NCBI GenBank assembly: GCA_964187785.1
Contig: OZ076421.1
Coordinates: 10,540,001-10,604,000 of the forward strand
Direction: 5' to 3'
DNA length: 64,000 nucleotides
Source of the DNA: Amphiscolops sp. MND2022
Taxonomy: Eukaryota
A model generated the notes under the pieces. That model did no database searches and was not told where the DNA came from. It was given only the letters and a program-made list of their open reading frames with translations. Position numbers and translations under genes: made by a program. Shown here in pieces: positions 24,213-35,038 of the stretch (positions are counted from its first letter, which is position 1; the number at the start of each line of letters is the position of its first letter).

Positions 24213-27200
24213 AGGGCGTACACCATCGAAGACCCCCCAAACAGATACGAGGAAGGATTTTTTCACAGAATGCAACGAAGAACCGACACAGGACTGGCAA
24301 CGTCGTTGGAACGTAGGCATGATACTTAGACACAATGCACGACACCCAGAAGACCCAATACCACTACCCCAATGGATAACGGAGTCGCCTGACAATTATG
24401 CCACACTGAAACGACCTCTGCCAGAATCCAAAACTGAACGAACATACATATATGACGTGGACTACAGATGTGATCCTTTGGACAACCCCCACATATACGA
24501 CCACAACAAACTTGCTTTCAAAATCCAGATACCAAACCCACAGCCTCAGCACAGAAAAACACATCATTTTCCACCACCGCCCGATATTGAAGAACCCAGG
24601 ACCTTCCCCAACAGTGCCCGTCACCGTCACGTCCACGCCCATAAACGCAGAGGACATCATTTGCATCGAAGATAAAACGTTGTGGCAACAGAAGCCTGAA
24701 GACCCAACCATTGATTCATCATCTCCACCGCCCACACAGACAGCACCAGCCACAGCGGTAACGAGAAGCAACGATGCAGAAATAGAATACCCAACATCAC
24801 TACCCGACGACCTAGACGTCATCAAGGAATTCATACAACATGACAAAGATGACGACTACATTCCGCTAATGTCAGCAATTACACTGAAAAAGAAAAAACG
24901 AATGCTTTTCTTACCAGTAGACTTCAATTCCGTCAAAATAGACGCCCTCGTCGACTCAGGTGCATACATCAACGCCATTAGTGAAAGAGACGCCGAAAAA
25001 TTCCGACAAGATGCAAACCAATGCATCATACACAAGGCACCCCCACCCCCTTTCAAGGTACAATATGCTAATGCTGAACTCGAGCAACCTCTGGCAACGT
25101 ATACATTACGTTTCAAAATTGGCAACTATACCTTAGAGGAAACGTTCATTGTCATGAACCAGGTGTCCTTCCCCATCATCGGACTAGCATTCCTACGGAA
25201 ACATGCCGCAATTCTCGACACTGCCCAGGGAACAATTGACTTCCCGAAGATTCAAATTACGATGGCACTCACAGACGAAATGCAAAAATGCAATCTGAAA
25301 CCTATCACCATTAAAACGGAAGCGAAACATACTATACCAGCACAAGCAACGCGAATAATATACGCAGTGATACCCGTGACAACAGAACACACCATCACAG
25401 GGACAATCCAGCCCCTACCACAATTCGACGAAAACTCAAAACTAATAGTAGCCCCAGCAATCACAACAGTCAGAAGCAAGAAAGTAGCAATCAAGGTCGC
25501 CAACACAACAGACTTCCCCTACACGATAGCTCCAGACACCAAGATCGCGGAACTACAAATTCTCAAACCAGAAGAAACGAAACTGATACGGCCTGTAGAC
25601 ATCGCTGCACTCAACCTTCTAACAGAGCACGACGATGTAGTCACATACATCAACGCACTTATGCAAGTCGACAAACCCGAAGATATTGAAGAAAAATTCT
25701 GGTTCCCAACCCCAGACAACCCTGGCAATGAACAAGAACACACCACCATACAAAAACGAATTTTGAAAGAACTACGAGAACTTGCCGAACTAGAAAAACT
25801 AGATCCAACTGAAAACGCTGAATCTCGACACAAATTCTTTTCGTTATTCAAATGGACTGACTCACTAATTACGGGCAAAGACCGTGAAAACCTTGAAAGC
25901 ACACTAGTCGAATTTAACGACATATTTGCCCGCCACCGTCTCGACATCGGAATGAACACGCAATTCAAAGTCAGCCTCACACCAAGAGATGATAAACCAG
26001 TATACACCCAGAGTCTACCAGTCCCAATCAATCTCAAAGAAGACCTGACAGTAGAGCTGGCCCTCATGCACAAATACGGCATCATCACGACACTCCCCTT
26101 CTCCAAGTACGCCAGTCCTATATTTGCACAACGGAAACCCAACGGCAAACTGAGACTACTGGTGGATCTGCGAAAAATCAACGCGCTCATAGCAGATGAC
26201 TACATCAACAACAACCACCCCGTCAGCACCCTCTCAGATGCGGCACAACACCTAGCTGGGAAAAAACTTTTCTGCAAACTCGACTGCTCCCAAGCGTACC
26301 ACTGCCTTCAAATGGCAGATCAAAGGTCAGTAGAATTACTTGCTTTTAACTTTGCTAGTAGAACGTTCGCCTACCGGCGCCTAGCCCAAGGACTAAGTAG
26401 AGCCCTCTCAGCCTTCTCAAGCTTCATGCGAGAGTACCTCGACGCCGTCATCAAAGCAGATCAGTGTGCACAGTATGTAGATGACATTGGTATTGCCGCA
26501 AATACGACGGAACAACTCATCAAGAACATTAGAGCAGTTTTCAAATGCAACAGACAAGCAGGCCTGAAATTGACAATCGAAAAATGTCATTTCGGAGTTA
26601 CACAAGTTGAATTCCTCGGCAGAACCATCACCCCAGACGGAATAGCACCGCAAGACCAGAAAGTCAAAAACTTCCTTTCTAAAGTCCGATTCCCCAAGTC
26701 CAAAAAACAGGTTCAAAAATACATCGGATTCGTCAATTATTATCGCAATTACATACCCCGCCTGTCCGAAAAACTCATAGGCATGTACGAACTCCTAAAG
26801 GCCGACGCCAAGATCAAAATATCCGAAGAACTCGTCGACAACTTCAAAGAAATCAATGACAGCCTAGCAGAAGCATGTGGCCTCGCGCTCCGACAGCCCT
26901 TAGCAGGAAAGCAATACGTTCTCATGACAGACGCAAGTTTTCGCGCATCCGGCTATGCCCTCATGATAGAAGAAAACGATGAAAAGAAAATACTATCCAA
27001 AAAGAAAACCTTCGCACCTGTCGCGTTTGGATCCCGTGTTTTTTCACCAGCACAACTGAAAAAGTCAATCTATTGCAAAGAATTTCTAGCCATATAACAC
27101 GCCTTCCTCGAATACAGCCATATATTATGGGAAGCGACAATACCGACGCTAGTTTTAACCGACAACCGTTCGGTCACACGATTTTTCCAAACGAAAACTA

Positions 27201-29413
27201 CACCACCTGCACTTTGGAATGCCTGCGACTTTGTACTCCAATTTAATTTCCGCATCATGCACGTAGCAGGGTCACAAAATACGGCAGCAGATTTCCTCTC
27301 AAGACTTGAACTCACACCTAAAGAGAAAGTACAACTGAAATTACGGGACGACATACTTACGGCACCGATAGAAGTAAACCTACAGTCATCGGATGTAGCG
27401 GACGAAGAACAACTTTTCTTCCTCCCAGATGAAGAGGAAGAATCAGAACAAGAAATCTTCGCTAGGAAAGCCCTCAGTAAACAACGTGCCAACGACGAAC
27501 ATGAAAAAGACCTTTCTACCAAAGTCACCGAAGTCATCAAAATACCCCTCAACTCCGCAGTATATGCATTCGGAGCGATCAAAGAAAACGCACGAATCAG
27601 AAATGAACAAGATGCGGACCCCCTACTGAAAGCGTTAAAACAACGGGTGTCGCACGAAGAATACGACAAACACCTACTAAAGACTGAACCACGGGGACGC
27701 CACCTACTACGCCACGAAGAAAGAATCATCATGAAAGATGGGGTACTAATGCGCAAATACTACGGTGAGGACGGATCAGTCACGCACAATCAAGTCATCA
27801 TTCCTAAACACCTTGTACCAGAACTCCTATCAACACTACATGGCAAGACAAATAAACATCCAGGAATAGCAAAGATGATACAAGAATGCCGAGCCAAATA
27901 CTATTTCCCGGGACTAGCACGAAAAATCCGCGCCTGGGTTACCAGTTGCCTAGACTGCATCGCCAACAAAAGAATCGACACGCGACAGATACGTCCCAAA
28001 ATGCTGAGCAACACTGAATTCACATTGGGACCAGAAGATTGCCTAGAAGTAGATATACTACCAAATCTACCATCCTCCAATGGATATCAGCACATCGTCA
28101 CGATGATGGACGTCTTCTCTCGTTATCTTTTCGCATACCCGACACAGGACATGACAGCAAAAACAGTCGCACGATGCATAATAGACGTCATGACACGACA
28201 CTGCTACCTACCGACCGTTATACTAACAGATAAAGGATCACAATTCAGGTCAGAAGTAGTCGACCAAATAGCACGAACACTCGATATACGAATAAGCCAC
28301 GCAACGACGAAACACGCTCAAACCATTGGCATCCTAGAAAGGACTCATGCCTCTTTAAAAACCTCCCTAAAGATATCGACGGGAGAACGACGATCCATGT
28401 GGCACAAATATGTCCAAATAGCAGTCATGAATGACAATACAAGCTACCATGAAAGTTTAGGCTGCGAACCTACAACAGTGTTCCACGGACGCATCCCGTA
28501 TAACATCCTAGACATCAAACTGGGACTAAAGCTGGAATGGAAAAAAGACAACAACGACGAACTAACGGATCAACTACAGAAGCAGATAGCTGAGATACAA
28601 CAAGCAGCTAAAGACAATCTCATGCAGTCATATCTCAAGTACAAACAATACTATGACAAGAAAGCGACTGCAACGCCACTCAAAGTGAATGACTACTGCT
28701 ACGTCTTGAATCCGAAAGCTGACAACCAGTCAATGAAATTCGCTTTCAAAGATTGCATCTGGACGGGTCCGTACATCGTCGTCAAAGTACTGTCCAACAA
28801 CAACTACGTTGTACGCCGCACAGGAACCCGCTACACACAAACCCTCCATAGAATTCGCCTAAGGCTATATGCGCCCAATCAGCGAGTACCTGATGTAACA
28901 GTCAGAAGGGAAGATTACCTTCCAGATCCAGAGGTTAAAACAACCCACAATGATTGGTACGCGCAAGCTTGGGAAACCGAATTCGGAGAAGTTCTGTTCG
29001 GAGACGCAACGGAAAACGCCAAAGAAGAAACTACAATCACAGAGATCACAGATACAATCGAAAATGACGAACCTACAACGCAAAATGACGTGGTTCAAAC
29101 AACCACAAGCGAGATCACAACGGAAAATGACGTGGCTCAAACAGCCACAAATGAAATAGCCGAAGGAGACAAAACACCCCCCGACAACGTAACGTCATTT
29201 AATCTGGATGTCAGTGACAATCCCTATATACTAACACCACCGCCTCTAGAAAGCCCTCCCAAAACGCCTGAACTACCGCCTATAGTCGTTGGATATAACC
29301 CTAGGAAAGTAGGTCGATACAATCTGAGACCTAATCCGAAACCTAACGTGGATCCTGACTTCAGAATGCTAGACTCAGCTACGACGGAAGAACTACGTCA
29401 AACTCACGCCTAG
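24171..29413 (+). pseudogene. pol: Pol (protease, RT, RNase H, integrase), disrupted in this copy
   Basis: PR 'ALVDSGA'; RT 'YVDD'; RH 'TDAS..KEFLAI..TDN'; IN HHCC 'LHG..HPG..CLDC', 'TDKGSQF', 'ERTH' and GPY motif. Frame changes near 24258-24263 and ~24605, and an in-frame TAA at 27095-27097. Confidence 0.92.
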
Positions 29414-29562
29414 AACGAAAAGTTCCTCATGTCAAACCGAACCGGAATGACTACGTTAATTATAACAAAAAATACAAATAAAATGCCAAAAACAACGCCA
29501 AAATATCATCAACAATAACAAACATCAAACAGTCTATAACCTATAAATGTCTACTATCACAA

Positions 29563-32500
29563 TTATGCCACTCTATGGACGACATCAGGATCTCGTTCCT
29601 CACTAGAATCCTTCTTCTGCCCCTTTGTACCACTTTTTGGTTTCTTCGACTGTCCAGAATGACTAGACTGACTAGATACCTTTTTCACAGACTTTGACCC
29701 GGACGCACCACCATGTATCGTAGTACTCCCGCTCTTACTCTTCTTCGAGGCGCCGCTCACATTACTGCCGGTCTCTGATCCAGAAGCCCCGACACTGCCA
29801 CGAGCACGTCTGTTCGCTTTATTGCACTCCACATAATACCTCTCTGAAGATTTGCGGCGTTCCAGCAAAAATGTAGAATACAATTTGCGATAGTTGGCGA
29901 TGAATGAGTCCACACCAGGATCACAGTAATTCTTCCAGAGATCATAGCCGGGAGTAATATAAAAGATCCCTGCAGTAACGATGGCATCTCGAACCGCATC
30001 CAAAGTCACATCAGTAAAGAACACCTGATGCTCATACCCCGCACACAAAACGTACGATTGCACTAAGCGTACGCAATCATGGAAGACAGCTTTACTCAAA
30101 GCACAGCCGCTCAGATCAAATGATACGGGAGGATACTGCACTGCGGGGACCCCAACTACAAGACAGCATAACTTCAGAACTCGGCACACTTCCGGACGAG
30201 CGACAAAGCTAAAGTCCTGCAGCAAATAGCGTACCACATCCGGGATCTCACTGGCATTCACGTCAGACCCTTCGTGCCACCTCCTTTTCTCCACCACGTA
30301 ACTGCTGAATTGAGCAATAGCAGCGTTCGAATCATCGGACGACAAAATTCCACAGGAAACCAATACTCCAGTAAGATCCGCAAATAAGGTAAACACGGAA
30401 TGGGCATCTCCCTCCAACAGAATCTCAGGACTGAAACTGCAGAGGCCTTTCGCCACAACAGATGACACACTAGGACTGTTCAAAATGACAGTGACCAGCT
30501 GATCCAGGAAATCACGACAATATCTACGGAACTCCTGAGCCTCAGACGTTTTTCCAGCGAGCAACTCACGACCGAAGTCACAATTGTCCAAGAAAGTCTC
30601 CATTGATGCAGCAGGGTATTCGGACATTTTCTTCACGTCCATGTACGCCTCCCAATCATGGATACCAGGCAATGACTCAATCTCCCGAGTCCGCAGAAGT
30701 AGACAATACACAAAATGACACAATTCACTGTAGCCATGGAAGCCGTAATCCTTTCGTTGCTGACGCATTTTCTCAAAATTAATTTGAACTAAAACACCAA
30801 CAAGGGTTTACAAAGATAACGCCGAACACTACAACCGAACACCAAACGCAATCAGACAATAACAAACGACACAATTATACTGGATAGATACAAGCATCAA
30901 TTGAGAACAACACCAATCAGCATCATACTTACAAGTGTCGAGAACAAATCGCAGCAGACCCAAGCGCTGCACGATCATGTTATCAGCAATCAGATGGCAG
31001 TCTGTCCCCAACATCTGGAAAAGAACAAAAACACAATCAAACCGACTATAGCTACAAACAACACGTGATGCAAACGACAAAGCAACCAATAAAAATACTA
31101 ACAGTAGCTGATTTGCCACGTGCTTCGGGATTGACAGTACAACGGATGTACGGACGAATTGAAGGCCAAAGACTAATCAAGTCCGTCAACAACTCGCGAT
31201 ACTCATAGAACTCAACGGAGCCTCTTCGAAGACATCTGCAGGGCACAACCTTGTCCTCCGTCCACTCCTCGTAAACAGCATTCCGGAGCCGTTGAATCAA
31301 ATACTCCACGATGGTAATAATATCTACCATCCCAAATATGTCCTGATGGGCTTGACGCAGGAACTGTATGAAGGTCTCCTCATTGAACTCGTGGTACACA
31401 ACAAAACGGCGACCATCCGAACGACTACTGCCCATCACACTCAGCAAACTGGGACTGGCACCACGAACAATCAACGGCAAATGCTTTGACTCCAAAACAT
31501 GGATCACGCGGGACAAGGGTACCAACTCTGCATCAGGAACGGGCTGCTCAATAGGCTCACTCCCCACACACACTTTCTTCAACTGATTACTTTCCCAAAA
31601 TAGGACGTAGCAACGCTCCACGAAAAGATCTTTCTCGAACTGGACACTATAGTCCTTGAACGTCGTTATCCCATTGACCATTAGACGGAGAACTCGAGGA
31701 GCAAGCCCCTGACAGAGAAACGACTAAAATACAAACGCCACAATGATTCGTTATACCTACGTCTGAAAGAGAAAAAAAAGAAAGGAAAAAGAGAGAAGAA
31801 GAAGAGCACAATAACTCCAAAAGAAGAACACTATTGAAAACAACAAATAAAACTGGGAAATTATGAACTCTCAAACTCCAAACGATGAACAGGAAGACAA
31901 ACACACAAAACACACAACTTACCACGGATTCCGAACGACTCCAATGCAAAGTGAAATCAGCCTTTTGCTTGTCCAGTGACACACAAAAGTGACTCCAGAG
32001 TTGCCGCACCAGAGCAAAATCGCCTCCACAACGCAACAAATCACAGAGACAGCCCACAAAGGTCATGAAGGGAATTTTTGATTCCACGCGGGAGTGTTTC
32101 GGCAGGAGATCCTCAGGAAACGGATACCCAGTACCCAGCTCAACGAAAGGCTTCGCGCGATACTCAGCAAGCTGCTCTTCACTTAGCTGCAAGGGCTCCA
32201 TCAGTTTGTTCAACACGGGCATGCCCATATGAACCCGGTATACGACATCCTTGTCCCAGTGACTGTCAGACCGGAAATGCCGAGCAAACTCTCGAGACCC
32301 CTGCGATCCCATGGCCACATCACGCTTACAGACCAGGCAATGAAAGTGAGTCCCGGCCCCCGTCTTTGATCCGCTCACGAAATCACGGTATGCGGAATGC
32401 AACGATAACATGCGTTTGCTCAACATGTTCTTGCGACTGTACTTTTTGGCTTTTGTGCGACTGCCAGTTTGCGCGTCCATCCTCGCTTTCAACTCACTGA

Positions 32501-33532
32501 AACCTGTAACACACGACAAACGGAATGACATCGTGGAAAACCATACCCTAAAAGCCCACCCTGCAACCAACCTATACATATAGTACAAACAAATACTCAC
32601 TATTTCGAATTGCCCGAGCAGTCCGCGTGTCAACTTCTTCCACAATCTGCTGACCCATCAACTTCAGACCCTGCGGACTCAACGTCAACTCGTCGTTACC
32701 TACAACACAATGACACTACAAAACAACCTTACAAAGTAGATGATTTCAAAAATCACACTATTTTAACTCGTCAAGATATTCGAACCCCACAACAATACCC
32801 GTGCAATAGTGTGATAATACAAAATGCACTAACTAATCCACCCCTCGGCAGGAGTCAATGGTGAAGGAGGAGGAGTATCGCCCGTTTTAGCTCGTTTAGG
32901 CGGTGTCGAAAAGCTCACGACCTGTGACCGCCTTTGACGAACTGAAGGACCTAAAACACAAACCCAATACTCCCATCACTAGCCACCTTTTTTCAGCGCA
33001 TTAATACGACAACGACAAAACCTACTAACTTGTTTCTTCCTCGGAGGGGGAATCAGTCTCACCTCCTCGAGACACAGCATCGAGTTGAGTACGAGAGCAA
33101 GTCGTAACAATATCCTCAGTAGGAGGAAATTCAGCGGGCACGGCCGACGTAGCTGCCTGGGCAAGCGCAGCCCTAAAGCCAGGAGGAGTTCCAACTGACA
33201 GGAGACTACTAGCTGGTGGCAAAACGGGAGAGGGATTTCCCACAACCAATCCAAGAGAAGTGGAAGGAAAACCAGGTTGAGCTACTGAAAATCAAGATCT
33301 GGATTCAGACGCGTCAGAGTTACGGGTAGGACCAAAAAGGCTGATCACCAAAAATACCAAGGTCCGGATTCCCATGGAAGTCAGAAAGGTTTTACCAACC
33401 TGAAGTAGACAATCCAACTACATTCTCCGTAGACACTATGTCATCTTCGGAATAATTGTAGCCAGTCTCATTTCCACTTATGTGACCAGAAGTTACAGCA
33501 GTGCCACGTTCTACCTCTTCTTGATCCATCAT
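29563..33532 (-). CDS. Antisense 8-exon gene: ~1037-aa zinc-finger plus hAT-transposase-derived protein
   Basis: Exons 33532-33400, 33284-33030, 32950-32834, 32699-32601, 32503-31923, 31723-31103, 31014-30933 and 30788-29563. All seven introns are GT-AG and phase-compatible (3114 nt, 1037 aa plus stop). Motifs: C2H2 'CLVCKRD..RHFRSDSH', 'WSRSESV|SFLCQGLAP', 'FWESNQLKK..GSEPI', 'LWPSIRPYI', 'EFRRYCRDFL..LCSFSP'. Confidence 0.8.
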
Positions 33533-34174
33533 ACCAGACACGAAGAAAGACGAATTGTCAAGGAAATCTAAAAGAAAAGAGAAATATAAAACAGAAACTA
33601 CACGGAACTATCACGGAAATCCTAAAAAGAAAATTGAAAAAGACGAAAACGCGTTACGTGAACGCATCTAATTAAAAGAACTTAATATCATTCTCACTCA
33701 AAAGGAAAAGGAACCATTCATAGCTTCATATCTCAAGCTTATCATAAGCATTGACGAAACAAAACGTTTCCAAAAACCCTACTGGTGGATAGACATTCAT
33801 CGAGAATTACTAAAGGAAATCATGGAAAAACATCAAGAGATCATGAAATACGGACGTAATTCGACAATGAAAATCAAAGATGTCATTACGCCATTAATCT
33901 AAAAGAGGACGAGAGCTAAAATTAGAAGTTTTCCTTAAGGATTTAAACCAATCACAGCACAGCAGGAAAGAGTTCGTTTCACCTAACTCGGGACGAACCG
34001 GAACGAAAACAAAATCGACCATTAAGAATTCGATGGAAATTACGAAAGAAAGCAAAGTGAAACGTTCATTTGTCGTTCAATTTTCACAAAGCTTGACCAG
34101 CGCTTCACTAATCTAAATAAACAATCTCGCCTGCATAAATTAAAGAAACTTCGCAATTTCTACCGCTTTAAAAA

Positions 34175-35038
34175 ATGGCAGGATATTCACTAGTCATCGA
34201 CATCTCATCAGATGAAGAAAATATGAGACATAGCACGCCATTGAAGACCGTACCGGTAAATATGGTCGGAAGACTTGACCTTAGTGACTCTTCCACGGAA
34301 GTTTACCGTGGAAGCGTCGCCGAATTAGAGTCAAGCCCAGAATCGCCAGCGAAAGAAACACCGACACCCAGGAAAAAGAAAAGGCTAACAAGAGTATCTT
34401 TTGCCCTACCCGAAGACGTCGACTCTGATGACTACTATGAAGAACCCGAGACTCCTACTCTTCCCCCTCAAAGTAAAGAAAAAGAAAATTTCCCCACACT
34501 GGGTAATGAAAGGAAACGAGGGACTATCGTGGCCCAGGGAGGAAACGGACCCTCCGCAGACGACTTAGAGGCCCTCTACGATCTTGACTTAGAAGACCGC
34601 CAATTTTTCAGGTCCCTAGGACGAGGAAATAACGTAACAAAGAAGCCAAGCCAGCCTCCTTTCAAGCCTTGCAGGAAAGTAAATACCCCCCTCACGCAAT
34701 TAGCAGACTCAAGCTTGAATGATCTGAATGAACCAATCAAGCCACCTGAAATCACCCAAGAGGAACGGGAACATTTCGAAAACATGGTGCGGGAACTTGA
34801 AGAAGAAGAAAAGAGAATTGCCCGTATGACTGCGGGGAGAGGTCGCGGCCCCCACCCGATGAGAAACTACCTAAGCCGACCCTCAGTGCTAGTCACAAAA
34901 GAAATTCCCCATTGCCACGGCCTACCAACGTATTTAGCGAGGAGAGGGGCCCTGTCACGACCCGCTCCTGGTCGTGGGTGTGAATGGTGTTTCGCCCTAG
35001 GAAGAGGCAGAGGAAGGGGATACTGCAAGTACCATTAA
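34175..35038 (+). CDS. Accessory ORF3 (287 aa, low complexity, unknown function) overlapping the PPT and 3' LTR
   Basis: Uninterrupted ATG-TAA ORF with 'VIDISSDEE' (SIM-like), 'PRKKKR' (NLS-like) and RG repeats. The last 28 codons lie in the LTR. Confidence 0.75.
   Translation: MAGYSLVIDISSDEENMRHSTPLKTVPVNMVGRLDLSDSSTEVYRGSVAELESSPESPAKETPTPRKKKRLTRVSFALPEDVDSDDYYEEPETPTLPPQSKEKENFPTLGNERKRGTIVAQGGNGPSADDLEALYDLDLEDRQFFRSLGRGNNVTKKPSQPPFKPCRKVNTPLTQLADSSLNDLNEPIKPPEITQEEREHFENMVRELEEEEKRIARMTAGRGRGPHPMRNYLSRPSVLVTKEIPHCHGLPTYLARRGALSRPAPGRGCEWCFALGRGRGRGYCKYH
34939..34952 (+). promoter_or_regulatory. Polypurine tract
   Basis: GAGGAGAGGGG followed by CCC, immediately before the 3' LTR TGTCAC. 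Confidence 0.85.

Noticed and set aside
24364-29140. Minus-strand ORFs opposite pol (e.g. 25519-26190, 27070-27756)
   Set aside because: Shadow ORFs caused by pol codon bias; no domains or splice logic.
29477-29482. AATAAA after the pol stop as an internal polyadenylation signal
   Set aside because: A single hexamer in a very A-rich tract; it cannot be supported without 3'-end data.
29450-33700. Nested autonomous hAT DNA transposon insertion
   Set aside because: No TIRs or 8-bp TSD were seen, the catalytic motifs look degenerate, and the composition matches the host retroelement.
29563-35038. env gene in the extra region
   Set aside because: No signal peptide, furin site or TM anchor in the spliced antisense protein or ORF3. 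The hydrophobic ORF tails are intronic read-through.
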